Shown: piece after piece, positions 9,766 through 19,222 of the stretch
How positions within the stretch are numbered: position 1 is the stretch's first letter
Layout of the letters: the number at the start of each line of letters is the position of its first letter
NCBI RefSeq assembly: GCF_028368995.1
Contig: NZ_JAQNDL010000002.1
Coordinates: 481,724 to 545,723 of the forward strand
Reading direction: 5' to 3'
From: Nannocystis bainbridge
GTDB lineage: Bacteria > Myxococcota_A > Polyangia > Nannocystales > Nannocystaceae
Length of the DNA stretch: 64,000 bases
Position numbers and translations under genes: made by a program
The notes under the pieces: generated by a model
Told to the model about the DNA's origin: nothing
What the model saw: only the letters and a program-made list of their open reading frames with translations
Database searches by the model: none

Positions 9766-12700
9766 TCAGCCGCCGTGATCCGCCAGCCAGGCCGCGACGC
9801 GTGCGGCGTCGGCGTCGCCGGCCGGGGTGGCGAGCGCGCGGAAGCCCTGCGCGGCGCTCGTGGCCAGGCGCAGCGCCTCGTCCTGGCGCTGGTCGGTGTC
9901 GGCCAGGGCGCGCGCCAGCAGGAAGCGCACCTTCGCCAGCAGCGAAGGCAGCACCTGGTGCCGCTCGAGCAGCGCCTGCGCCCGCTCGAGCGGTGGGATC
10001 GCCGTCGCCGGCGCGCCGCGCATGACGTGCGCCTCACCGATGCCCGCGAGCGCGAACGCGTTGTCGATGAATTCCGCGCCGTGGGCCCTCTCTTTGAGGG
10101 CGAGCGCTCGCTCGTGGTGGTCCAGCGCGGCCGCGAAGTCGCCGCTGCGCAGGAACACGTTGCCGAGGTTCTCGAGCGCGTTGCCGATCTGCTCGTGGTC
10201 CGCGCCGAACACCTCCTCGTAGAGCGCGCGCGCCTGCTCGTGGGCGGCGAGGGCCGCTGCGAAGTTCCCGAGCTCGCTCTCGGCGTTGCCGAGCGCCGAC
10301 AGGGCGTCGGCCGCGAGCGGGCCGGCCCCCGCGGTGGCGGCGAAGATGCGGTGCGCTCGCTTCGCCGCGTCGACGGCCTCGTGCAGCCGGCCCAGTCGGC
10401 GCAGCGCGCTGCTGTGATGCTCGAGGATGAGCGCGACCTGCGGGTGGTCCGGCCCGCGCGCTGCCTCGACGATGGCGAGCGCCTCGGCGAACGACGCCTC
10501 GGCCTCGGCGGCGCGATCCTCGAGCATCGACTGATTTCCGACCCGCACCAGCAGCGCGCCGTGGGCCGGGTGTTTGGCGCCGAACAGCCGCAGCGACAGC
10601 GCCGTCGCGCGCGCCAGGTAGTCGCGGGCCGCCGCGGCGTCGCCCTCGGCGCTGGCGGCCATGGCAAGGAGCTCGAGCGACTGCGCGGTCTGGCGGTGCT
10701 CCGCGCCGAGCCCCTGCTCGCGGGCGGCCAGCGCCGCCGCGTACTCGGCCCGCGCGCCGGCGAAATCGCCGTCATTGTAGCGCAGGCTGCCGAGGTTGGC
10801 GTGCAGCGCCCCTTCGAGCTCCGGGTCGGCGCCCCAGCGCGCGAGCGCGGCCTCGGCGTGGAAGGCCCACTCGCGGCCGGCCTCGAGCTGGAACAGCTGC
10901 GAGCCGACCACGAACACCAGATCGATGGCCGCGCGCGCGGCCGTGCGATCGTGGCGGCCGGCCTGGGCCGCCGCATAGGCCGCGCGCAACGTGGCCTGCG
11001 CCGCCGCGGGATCGACGGCCTGCAGCTGCACGGAGCCGAGAGTCTCGAGCGCCTCGGCCTCGGTCGAGGGGTGGCCGAGCGCGCGCGCCCGCGTGACCGC
11101 CCGCGTGGCCTCGACGAGCCCCTCCTGGTGGCGCCCGAGCGAGGCCAGGAACTTGGCCTGGGCCAGCACGGCCTCGATGGCGCGCGCCTCGGCGGCCTGC
11201 TGGGTGCCTTCGGGGGCCCGCACGGGCAGGCGCAGCGCCTCGAGGTTGGCGCAGGCGGTGATGCTCGGCAGCTGGAAGGCGGCGTCGACGGCCTTGGTGA
11301 CCCCGTCGGCGTCGGCGGTGCCGAGCAGGGCCGTCAACGTCCGCACCTCTGTGAGGCGGCGATCGAGGCAGAGCATGCGCAGCGACAACAATTCGTCCGA
11401 TTGTTCCCCGCGCACGCGGGTGGCCTCGCACGCCTCGGTGTGCATGGCCGACCACGCGCGCTCGTAGGCGTCGAGCGTGCGCGCGACGGTGTGCCAGTCG
11501 TCCTCGGCGTGGGCCAGGCCGCTGGCCGCGAAGCGCTCGTGGATCGCCTGGCGCGCCGGCTCGCTCCACACCGCGGCGAACCTGGCCGCGCTGCCCTGAC
11601 ACAGCGGCGCCGGCTCGCCGGCGAGGCGCGTCGCGGCGACGACCGAGAGCCCGAGAGCGACCGCGCCGAGCCCGACGAACGCGCCGCGCCGCCAGGTCTG
11701 CCGCGGGTCGCGGGACAGCGCGTCGAGCAGGGCGTCCATCGACGGGAACCGCTCCTCCGGGGCCAGGCGGAGGCCGCGTTCCAGGACCCGGCGGACGAAC
11801 GCGGGCACCGGCGGATCGCCGGGCAACGCGGGCAGCTTGCCGCGCTGGGCCTCGGCGCGCAGGACCTCGCGGGTGTTGATCGAGAACGGGCGCCGCTGGT
11901 ACAGCGCGGCGAACAGGGCGACGCAGAAGCTGAACTGATCGGCGCTGGCATCGACCACGCTGCGCTCGAACTGCTCCGGCGCCATGAAGGCGGGGGTCCC
12001 GAGGAACGCGCCCGCCTGGGTGATCGTGTGGCCCGGCCCGGCGAGCTCCGCGGCGACCTCGACCTCGGGCTCGGTCCGCGCGGCGCTCGAGCGGACCAGG
12101 CCGAAATCGACCACGCAGACGCGCCCGTCGCGGCCGACGAGCACGTTGGCCGGCTTGAAGTCGCGGTGGATGAGCCCCTCGGCGTGGGCCGCCGCCAGGC
12201 CGCGGCCGACCTGCTTGAACACCTCGACGACGGCGCGCCACGGGTGCTGCCGCTGCGCCAGCCAGGCGCCGAGAGTGACGCCGTCGATCAGCTCCATGGC
12301 GATGAAGACGCTGGCCCCGAAGGTGCCGACGTCGTACACGGCGACCACGTTGGGATGGGACAGCCGCGCGAGCGCCTGGGCCTCGCGCATCAAGCGACCG
12401 CGCAGCTCGTGCGAGCGGGCGAACGCGGCGCTGCGCAGCAGCTTGAGCGCGACCTTGCGGCTCAGCTCCGGATCGTAGGCGGCATAGACGACGCCGGTGC
12501 CGCCGACGCCGAGCGTCTCCAGGACGACGTAGCGGCCGACGAGGGCGCCGCGCAGGAGCAGCCGCGGCGACGCGGCGTCGGCGTCGGCGGCATCGGTGGC
12601 GGACGCCGACGAGGTGCTCTTCGCGAGCGCGGACAGCAGCCGGCGACACGCGCCACAGCCGGCCGCGTGGGCCTCGACGCGGCCGCTCTCCTCCGGCCCG

Positions 12701-12789
12701 AGCAGCCCCGCGACGAACTCGGTGATGGTGTTCTCTTGCGGACAGACCATCGCCGGCAAGAGATAGGGCGGCCGGGCGAGCGTGTCCAC
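9766..12789 (-). CDS. Ser/Thr protein kinase with an N-terminal zinc-finger anti-sigma-like region and C-terminal TPR repeats
   Basis: N-terminal 'HAAGCGACRRLL' (ChrR/anti-sigma zinc-finger-like HxxxCxxC). Hanks kinase motifs 'VALKLL', 'HRDFKPANVL', 'DFGL', 'APEQ'. Long TPR-like C-terminus. Confidence 0.8.
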   Translation of the reverse strand: MDTLARPPYLLPAMVCPQENTITEFVAGLLGPEESGRVEAHAAGCGACRRLLSALAKSTSSASATDAADADAASPRLLLRGALVGRYVVLETLGVGGTGVVYAAYDPELSRKVALKLLRSAAFARSHELRGRLMREAQALARLSHPNVVAVYDVGTFGASVFIAMELIDGVTLGAWLAQRQHPWRAVVEVFKQVGRGLAAAHAEGLIHRDFKPANVLVGRDGRVCVVDFGLVRSSAARTEPEVEVAAELAGPGHTITQAGAFLGTPAFMAPEQFERSVVDASADQFSFCVALFAALYQRRPFSINTREVLRAEAQRGKLPALPGDPPVPAFVRRVLERGLRLAPEERFPSMDALLDALSRDPRQTWRRGAFVGLGAVALGLSVVAATRLAGEPAPLCQGSAARFAAVWSEPARQAIHERFAASGLAHAEDDWHTVARTLDAYERAWSAMHTEACEATRVRGEQSDELLSLRMLCLDRRLTEVRTLTALLGTADADGVTKAVDAAFQLPSITACANLEALRLPVRAPEGTQQAAEARAIEAVLAQAKFLASLGRHQEGLVEATRAVTRARALGHPSTEAEALETLGSVQLQAVDPAAAQATLRAAYAAAQAGRHDRTAARAAIDLVFVVGSQLFQLEAGREWAFHAEAALARWGADPELEGALHANLGSLRYNDGDFAGARAEYAAALAAREQGLGAEHRQTAQSLELLAMAASAEGDAAAARDYLARATALSLRLFGAKHPAHGALLVRVGNQSMLEDRAAEAEASFAEALAIVEAARGPDHPQVALILEHHSSALRRLGRLHEAVDAAKRAHRIFAATAGAGPLAADALSALGNAESELGNFAAALAAHEQARALYEEVFGADHEQIGNALENLGNVFLRSGDFAAALDHHERALALKERAHGAEFIDNAFALAGIGEAHVMRGAPATAIPPLERAQALLERHQVLPSLLAKVRFLLARALADTDQRQDEALRLATSAAQGFRALATPAGDADAARVAAWLADHGG

Positions 12790-12860
12790 AGCCGCGAGGC
12801 CCCGCGCCGGTCGTCGTCACCGAGGACCGGAGCGCCGTCACTGCGCGCACCGGCGCCGGC

Positions 12861-13700
12861 TCAGGTGCGATCGATGACGCCGACGCTGAGCTGGCTCTGG
12901 GCGAACTCGAGGAGCCGCTCGAGCTCGTCGCCCCACAGCTTGTGATGGGACATCAACGACCGCCGCACCTGCGCCAGCAGGCCGCCGCGGATCCGCGCCA
13001 GGCTGCGGCTGATGGTCGACGGCGCCACGTCGTAGAGGCGGCCGAGCTCGACGACCCCGACGCCGTCGAGGTGATACTGGAGCAAGAGCATGCGGTCGCG
13101 CGCCGGCAGGGCCGCGATCGCCCCGTTGAGGGCCGCCTGCACGATCTTGCGGGCGTCCTGCTTGAGCTGCGCCAGCTCCGGGCTGTGCCCCGGATCGACG
13201 CTGAGCGCGTCGAGCAGGTCGTCGTCCGTGGGCTGCTCCCGCTCCGGCCGCGCGCCGTCGATGACGATGCGCGTGGCGACCGTGCGGACCCAGCGGCCGA
13301 GCTCGCCGCGCCCGCCGTAGCGCGCGATCCGGGCCGGCGTGTCGCCCTGGGCCAGGAACAACTTCTGGCGCAGCAGCTGCTTCTGATCGTCGGTGGTCCG
13401 GCGGTCGCGGGCGATGAACTCGGCGTCGAACGCGGCGATCGCCGCCGTCGAGCCGCCGGCGCACGCACACGTGAGGGCCAGCTCCGCGAGGCGCAGGCCC
13501 GCGAGCGCGGCCTCGACCGGCTCGGGGCCCGCGGGCAAGCGCGCGGCGACCCAGGCCGCGTAAGCCTCCGCGTCGACGGCGACGCCTGGCCAGCGGCGGT
13601 CGGCGTCCGCGAGGGCCGCGACGAGCAGCCGCTCGACGGCCTCCGCGTCGTGGTCGCGCTGCCCGTCGAGCAGCGACAGCAGGCGCGTGGCCGGGCGCAT
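12861..13700 (-). CDS. ECF-type RNA polymerase sigma factor
   Basis: Sigma-70 region 4 helix-turn-helix 'LPARDRMLLLQYHLDGVGVVELGRLYDVAPSTISRSLARIR'. Lies 72 bp upstream of the kinase gene on the same strand. Confidence 0.75.
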   Translation of the reverse strand: MRPATRLLSLLDGQRDHDAEAVERLLVAALADADRRWPGVAVDAEAYAAWVAARLPAGPEPVEAALAGLRLAELALTCACAGGSTAAIAAFDAEFIARDRRTTDDQKQLLRQKLFLAQGDTPARIARYGGRGELGRWVRTVATRIVIDGARPEREQPTDDDLLDALSVDPGHSPELAQLKQDARKIVQAALNGAIAALPARDRMLLLQYHLDGVGVVELGRLYDVAPSTISRSLARIRGGLLAQVRRSLMSHHKLWGDELERLLEFAQSQLSVGVIDRT

Positions 13701-13915
13701 GGCCGCGATCCTAAGCCTTCGCGGGAGGATCGCCGAGACCCTCCGGCGAGCCCCGGCGACAAATCACCGGGGGATGCCGGACCTCCGGCGCGGAGGTCGA
13801 CCGCCGCCGCGACGCCGGACAATCGGCCGCGCACGGGCTCGAAAAAAATCCGCAAAACGCCGGAGCGACCCCCGTCCTCCTGTCGGACCGGGCGCAAGCA
13901 CCCGGACGAGCGAAC

Positions 13916-15037
13916 ATGTCCTTCTCATCTTTTCGAACGACGGCCCGCCCTTCCTCTCTCTTTTGCGCAGTGCTGATCGCAGCGGCTTGCGGCGAAGATC
14001 CGCAGATCACCAGCGCGACCGGGGCTTCGGCCGCGGACTCCGAGACCTCCGGTGACACCTCCGGCGGCGATCCGACCGGGGGGACCGAATCGACGGCGAC
14101 GTCGGCGGACACCTCCGTCCCGACCTCGACCTCGCCCGCGACGACGGAAGGCACCGAAGGCACGACGCCCGGCACCTCGACGGACACCGGTCCGATGGCG
14201 ACCAGCCTGGCCACTGACACGACCACGGAGACCGACACCACGGTCGCCACGACCGGCGAGACGAGCGAGACCGGCGTGACGAGCGAGACCGGCGAGACGA
14301 GCGAGACCGGCGAGACCGGCGAGACCGGCGTCGATCCGTGCGGGCCCGACAGCGAGGGGCCGCTGCTGAACTGCTTCACCGGCTGTCCGCCCGAGCTGTT
14401 CGCGGTCCCGCCCTACGTCGAGGAGTTCGACGATCCGGCGCAGTACGAGGCTCACTGGAACGGCACCTGGGCGGCGCCGACGGTGGCAGGTGGCTCGCTG
14501 AATTTCGGCCCGCACCCGATGACGGACGACTGGTGGGACAACTACAGCCCGACCTGGTCGAAGGAGACCTACGGCGACGCGCTGCTGTGCGCGCGCATCC
14601 GCCTGACGCCGCCGATGATCGCCGTCCCGGACGAGGAGATGTTCGAGATCACGTCGCGCGTGCCGGCCGACGCCGCGTTCGAGAGCGGGGCGATGTCGCT
14701 GGGGCTGCTCACCGCAGACGCGCGGCTGGTGTTCCGCACCCGCATCGACGAGGCCGAGTGGCAGGAGCACGCCGAGGCGACCTTCCCGCTCGACCGCGGC
14801 ACCGAGAACACGCTCGACGTGCTGATCTACGCCCAGGGCGACAAGTACGTGGCCGAGCTGCGCAACGCCGCGTACCCGGGCGAGATCACGGTGCTGCCGG
14901 CCTCGGCGCAGTTCAGCCCGACCGGCCTGGTGACGCTGCTCGGGTGGCGCAACAGCATGGCGCTCCACGTCGATCGCCTGGTGCTCGGCGGACCCGCCGC
15001 GGACGTGCTGCCCCGCCTCGTGGCCGAGCTGCCGTGA
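13916..15037 (+). CDS. Hypothetical secreted lipoprotein with a Thr/Ser/Glu/Gly-rich linker (possible concanavalin/LamG-like C-terminal domain)
   Basis: Lipobox 'LIAAACG'. Long low-complexity linker with internal DNA tandem repeats (14251-14332, 'GETSETGETSETGETGETG'). C-terminal globular domain. Confidence 0.55.
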   Translation: MSFSSFRTTARPSSLFCAVLIAAACGEDPQITSATGASAADSETSGDTSGGDPTGGTESTATSADTSVPTSTSPATTEGTEGTTPGTSTDTGPMATSLATDTTTETDTTVATTGETSETGVTSETGETSETGETGETGVDPCGPDSEGPLLNCFTGCPPELFAVPPYVEEFDDPAQYEAHWNGTWAAPTVAGGSLNFGPHPMTDDWWDNYSPTWSKETYGDALLCARIRLTPPMIAVPDEEMFEITSRVPADAAFESGAMSLGLLTADARLVFRTRIDEAEWQEHAEATFPLDRGTENTLDVLIYAQGDKYVAELRNAAYPGEITVLPASAQFSPTGLVTLLGWRNSMALHVDRLVLGGPAADVLPRLVAELP

Positions 15038-15114
15038 GGGCCGGCGAGGCCGCGCGAGCGAACGGGCGATCGCGGTGAGAGACGCGCGCTCGCGGCCCAA
15101 GGTCGCGGGCGTCG

Positions 15115-15290
15115 ATCGCGGGCCTTCGGGGCCCTTTCTCGAGGGACAAGTCGAGGCGTGCCGGATCTTCGCGGCGCGAGGCGCCGAGCGGCCGACGCGG
15201 GCTTGTCGCGGCTCGGTGATCACCGGTGGTGATGCGCGGCGAAGATCATCGCGGGCCTTCGAAAACCTGTCTCGAGGGACATGTCGATTT
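15115..15290. repeat. Direct repeat (about 45 bp x2) containing CATG-core palindrome variants (TCGAGGGACAAGTCGA / TCGAGGGACATGTCGA)
   Basis: 'ATCGCGGGCCTTCG...CTCGAGGGACA(A/T)GTCGA' appears at about 15115-15158 and again at 15246-15290. Confidence 0.6.
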
Positions 15291-15323
15291 GCGGGCCGCT
15301 CGCGGGGCCGCGCCCGGCCTCAT

Positions 15324-15342
15324 TGTAAACTCCCGGTTTACA
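15324..15342. promoter_or_regulatory. Perfect 7-bp inverted repeat TGTAAAC-N5-GTTTACA, candidate regulator-binding site upstream of the 15417 gene
   Basis: AT-rich dyad in a 70% GC background, about 75 bp upstream of the start codon. Confidence 0.3.
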
Positions 15343-15416
15343 GCGCAGCCAATGCAAGATCGCTTCCTTCTGCCTCGCGGCCGCGTCATCGTCGAGGTGG
15401 GAGGATGGTTTTGGAC

Positions 15417-16016
15417 ATGACCTTAAAGACATCTCATCACGAGCACGCCCTGAGGACCGCGGCGGGGTTGGTCGGACGGCCGCGGCTGCGGTTCGGGCTG
15501 ATGTTGACGCTGGTCGCCGCCTGCGGGCCCGGCCTGGGCGAGGGCAGCGACGGCGCGAGCGATGGTTCGACGGCCACCACCGGGGCCGACGCGGCCACGC
15601 TGGCGACCACGAGCGCTGGCGCGAGCGCGACCGGCGACGACGCTTCGACGGGGGAGGCGACCACGACGGCGACGACCAGCGGCGAGGCGAGCACCACCAC
15701 CGGCGCCGACACGCTGCTGACCGACGCCACGACCTTCGCCACCACCACCTCGACGAGCTCGGGCACCAGCGAGACCGGCGAGACCACCGGCGAGACCACC
15801 GGCGATACGACCGGCACTGATACCGACACCGGCACCAGCACCGGCGAGCTCGACGACTGCGTCGATCGGCGCTCCGGCGAGATCGATTTCCGGTGCTGCG
15901 AGGCCCAGGACTGGCGGCCGCAGCCGCAGTGCACCCCGTGGGGTCCGCCGGCGCCGCCGGCCGCGGGGCACGATCGCCTGCAGCGGGCGCGGGCGGCCCG
16001 CGGGAGGTTCGTATGA
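15417..16016 (+). CDS. Hypothetical lipoprotein with a Thr/Ser-rich linker
   Basis: GGGAGGA RBS upstream. 'LMLTLVAACG' lipobox. Cys-containing C-terminal segment. Stop overlaps the next ATG (ATGA). Confidence 0.5.
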   Translation: MTLKTSHHEHALRTAAGLVGRPRLRFGLMLTLVAACGPGLGEGSDGASDGSTATTGADAATLATTSAGASATGDDASTGEATTTATTSGEASTTTGADTLLTDATTFATTTSTSSGTSETGETTGETTGDTTGTDTDTGTSTGELDDCVDRRSGEIDFRCCEAQDWRPQPQCTPWGPPAPPAAGHDRLQRARAARGRFV

Positions 16017-16843
16017 CAAGCCTCGATCTGCGCGGCGCGGCCGACCGCGCCGACCTGCGGCTCGGCGCTGGCGCGCTGGCGGGCCTCGACGAATTCGATC
16101 GTCAGTCGGCGATCCTCACCTGGCGCGGGCGCATGCTCAACGAGCACGTCTCGGCCCGCGTGTTCTCGACGCTGGCGCGCCAGCTCGAGCGCGCGGGCGT
16201 GCGCGGCGATCGCCCGGCCCGCGTCGGGGCGATGGTCGCCGAGGAGTGGCGCCACGCCGATCGCTGCGCCGCGGTCGTCGAGGTGCTCGGCGGCGATCCG
16301 GTGGTCGCGCTGCCGGCCCTGCCGCCGGTGCCCGAGCACGAGGACGCGGACGCGATCGAGGCGGTGCTGCGCAACGTGATCAGCGTGTCGTGCCTGAGCG
16401 AGACGGTGGCGGTGGCGCTGATCGACGCCGAGCGGCGCGCGGCCGGGCCGCCGGCGCTGCAGCGGCTGCTGGCGGAGATCCTCGCCGACGAGGTCGGGCA
16501 CGCGCGGTTCGGCTGGCGGCTGGTCGAGGAGTACGCGCCCTCGCTGTCGCCGACCCTGCGCGAGCGCCTCGGCGACTACCTGGTGATCGCGCTCGACGAC
16601 CTGGCGACCCACGAGCTGTCGCACTTGCCGGCCCGCCCGAGCCCGTCGAGCGCGGCGGAGGCGGTCGGGGTGTGCGACGGCCACGCGGCCCGCCGGCTGT
16701 TCTTCGCCACGGTGAACGAGGTCATCGTGCCGGGCCTGGAGGCGTCGGGGCTGCCGGCTCTGTCGGCGTGGCGCGCGGCGCAGGAGCTCGGCGCCTGGGC
16801 GAGCGCGCAGAAGGTCGACCCGCGGGCCCGCATGACCGCCTGA
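16013..16843 (+). CDS. Ferritin-like diiron-carboxylate family protein
   Basis: Two ExxH motifs ('VAEEWRHA', 'LADEVGHARF') in helical context. Translationally coupled to the upstream lipoprotein gene. Confidence 0.5.
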   Translation: MTSLDLRGAADRADLRLGAGALAGLDEFDRQSAILTWRGRMLNEHVSARVFSTLARQLERAGVRGDRPARVGAMVAEEWRHADRCAAVVEVLGGDPVVALPALPPVPEHEDADAIEAVLRNVISVSCLSETVAVALIDAERRAAGPPALQRLLAEILADEVGHARFGWRLVEEYAPSLSPTLRERLGDYLVIALDDLATHELSHLPARPSPSSAAEAVGVCDGHAARRLFFATVNEVIVPGLEASGLPALSAWRAAQELGAWASAQKVDPRARMTA

Positions 16844-16865
16844 GCGCGGCGATCGAGGGGGCGAG

Positions 16866-17175
16866 TCGACGTGTCGCGGCGGACATGTCGTCGCTGAAGG
16901 TGCGCGAAGGGACATGTCGTGACGGGCATGTCCTTTCGTGGTTCAGCGGACATGTCCTCGCAGAAGGTGGCGAATGGACATGTCGTAAAGGGCATGTCCG
17001 TTCGTGCTGCAGCGGACATGTCGGCGCAGAAGGTGTGCGAATGGACATGTCGTAAAGGGCATGTCCTCTCGTGGTTCAGCGCGCGCTGGACGGCCGTCGC
17101 GGTCACCTTCATGGACATGCCCGATCGGGCATGTCCTCGGGAGCATGTCCGTATCGACATGTCCGCGAGGACATG
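16866..17175. repeat. Array of CATG-core palindromes (GGACATGTCC family) containing a 67-bp higher-order tandem repeat x3 (16881-17080)
   Basis: Three near-identical 67-bp units of the form [GGACATGTCN-(18 nt)-GGACATGTCGTNAAGGGCATGTCC-(15 nt)]. Five further palindromes follow up to 17175. Lies between convergent genes. Confidence 0.85.
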
Positions 17176-17183
17176 CCGCTTCG

Positions 17184-18107
17184 TCAGGCGATCGGCGTGC
17201 GCGCCAGCTCGCCGGCCAGGGCGCGGTAGACCGCCTGGCGGGGGTCGTGGTCGCGGTACAGCAGGCGGAAGTAGTCGATCAGCAGGGCGACGCCGGGGAA
17301 CAGGCGGCGCAGGCGGCCGGCTCGCAGCTCGGCCTCGATCAGGTAGAGCGGCAGCACGGCGACGCCCTCGCCGGCGAGCACCTGGACCTTGACGGCGGCG
17401 CCGAGGCCGAGCCAGCGGTGGCCGCCGAAGCGGGGCAGGGCCGGGGCCGCGGGGGCGCCGCTGAAGTAGTGGAAAAGGGGCGTGCGGGCGTCGATGTCGA
17501 GCAGGACGTGGCGCGGGACGTCCTCGGGGCGGGTCAGCGGCAGGCGGTCGAGCAGCTCGGGCGCGCCGACGAACGCGTAGCGCTCCTCGTGCAGGCGCTC
17601 GGCCAGCAGGCGGCTGTCCTCGAGCTTGGCCGAGGTGACGGCGCAGTCGACCAGGCCGCTGCGCAGGCGGTCGACGATCTCCTGACCTGACCCGAAGAAC
17701 AGGTGCATCGTCACCCGCGGCAGGGCGGCGCGCAGCTGCGGCAGGGTGGGGACGATCCACGACATGCCGAGCTCGAAGCGGGTGCCGAGGGTGAGCTCGA
17801 TCGGCGGCGGGTCGTCCTCGCCGCGGACCACGCGGACGCACGCGGCCGCCTCGCCGAGGCAGGCGCGCGCGCGCGGCAGCAGCGACAGGCCGGCGTCGGT
17901 GAGGCGCACCGAGCGGGTGGTGCGGACGAACAGGCTCGCGCCGAGCTGCTGCTCGAGCAGGCGGATCCGCTGACCGACGGCGGCGGGGGTCAGGGCGAGC
18001 GCGCGGGCGGCTGTCCTGAAGTTCAGGTGCTCGGCGGCGGCGACGAAGCAGCGCAGGCTGTCGATCGCGGGCAGGTCGCTGGCGGCCGGCGGCGCGGGCC
18101 GGTTCAC
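17184..18107 (-). CDS. LysR-family transcriptional regulator
   Basis: N-terminal HTH 'LRCFVAAAEHLNFRTAARALALTPAAVGQRIRLLEQQLGASLFVR' and LysR substrate-binding region. GTG start overlaps the stop of the upstream gene. Confidence 0.75.
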   Translation of the reverse strand: MNRPAPPAASDLPAIDSLRCFVAAAEHLNFRTAARALALTPAAVGQRIRLLEQQLGASLFVRTTRSVRLTDAGLSLLPRARACLGEAAACVRVVRGEDDPPPIELTLGTRFELGMSWIVPTLPQLRAALPRVTMHLFFGSGQEIVDRLRSGLVDCAVTSAKLEDSRLLAERLHEERYAFVGAPELLDRLPLTRPEDVPRHVLLDIDARTPLFHYFSGAPAAPALPRFGGHRWLGLGAAVKVQVLAGEGVAVLPLYLIEAELRAGRLRRLFPGVALLIDYFRLLYRDHDPRQAVYRALAGELARTPIA

Positions 18108-19084
18108 GGGTGGTCCTGGCGGTACGACAGCAGCGCCGCCGCGTGCGCGCGCTCGGCCCGGGCCTGGGCCCGCTCGCGCGGCTCGTCCCAGGCGGCGGCG
18201 GCCAGCCAGTCGGCCAGCGGATCGATGGCCGCGGCCAGGCTGCGAGCGCGACGCAGCAGGGCGATCCGGTCGGACAGCCACGGCTCGCGGATCGCCCGCG
18301 TGGCCTGCATCGTGTCGGCTCGTGGATCGATGGTCACGGTCACCGGCGGCAGCGCGGCCAGGTCGAGCGCCGGATCGCCGAGGCGCAGCGCGTCCCAGCC
18401 GAGCACGTACCACGCCCCCGCCGGCGTCACGCACAGGTTGCCGGGCCGCAGCAGGGCGCCGTGGACCGGCAGGTCGGCCGGCACGGCGAACGAGTTCGAG
18501 GCGCGCACCTGGGCGGTCACGCGGTCGACCTCGGCGGCCAGCCAGGCGAGCGTGGCGGTGTCGACAAAGGCCGGGCCGGCGGCGCGAGCGGCCCGCAGGG
18601 ACGCGGTGCAGCGGACGAACTGGTCGACGAGGTAGGCCTCGCAGCAGGTCGGCGCCGGCCCGGGCAGGCGCGAGGCGAGGTCGCGGTCGGCGTGCAAGCG
18701 GCCGATCATGGTGGTGAGGACCCGGGCCAGATCTGGCGCTTCGGACAGGTCGCGCACGACCACGCCGTCGACGTGCTCGCGCAGCAGCCCGGCGTACGGC
18801 GTGTCGACGATCTCGAGCCAGCCGCAGATCCGCGGCGCGTGGTAGCGGGTGGCCAGCGTCGCGCCGAGGTCGTGCCAGCGGCGCAGGGCCGCGTGGCCGG
18901 CCGGGTCGGCGGCGAGCTCGAGGTCGAAGCGCGCGCCGGCGTCGGCGATCGAGAACGAGGCCCGCGAGGCGGCGGCCCGCTCTGCCACGTGACGCACCGT
19001 GAGCGTCGCCGGGTCGAGCGCGAGTCCGGCCGCGAGCATGCGGAACTGGGCCGTGACGCGCGGGATGAGCTCGGACAAGATCAT
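18104..19084 (-). CDS. Aminoglycoside-phosphotransferase (APH)-fold kinase-like protein
   Basis: APH-like catalytic segment 'VHGALLRPGNLCV' (similar to HGDLHPGN). About 326 aa. Confidence 0.55.
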   Translation of the reverse strand: MILSELIPRVTAQFRMLAAGLALDPATLTVRHVAERAAASRASFSIADAGARFDLELAADPAGHAALRRWHDLGATLATRYHAPRICGWLEIVDTPYAGLLREHVDGVVVRDLSEAPDLARVLTTMIGRLHADRDLASRLPGPAPTCCEAYLVDQFVRCTASLRAARAAGPAFVDTATLAWLAAEVDRVTAQVRASNSFAVPADLPVHGALLRPGNLCVTPAGAWYVLGWDALRLGDPALDLAALPPVTVTIDPRADTMQATRAIREPWLSDRIALLRRARSLAAAIDPLADWLAAAAWDEPRERAQARAERAHAAALLSYRQDHP

Positions 19085-19222
19085 CGAGGCGGGACACTAT
19101 ACGCCCGCCCGGGCCGCGGCAGGAGGGCCCCCGCAGATCGGCCGCTGCGCCCGGGATCGCGCGGCCCAGGCGGGTCGCCCGGCGCGCGCCTCGGGGCCGG
19201 CCGGCGTGTTAGCCTGGCGAAC

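Noticed and set aside
16881-17175. Possible CRISPR array
   Set aside because: The sequences between the repeated palindromes are themselves conserved between units (a higher-order tandem repeat), not unique spacers. Repeat lengths are irregular and no cas genes are nearby.
16576-17841. ORFs beginning 'MSxRTC...GHV' (16576..17841 -, 16722..17048 -, 22990..23577 -, 36818 start codon, 58800..60185 -, 60142..61911 +)
   Set aside because: The repeating 'RTCP/GHV' peptides are just translations of the GGACATGTCC palindrome arrays, so these are repeat-generated pseudo-ORFs.
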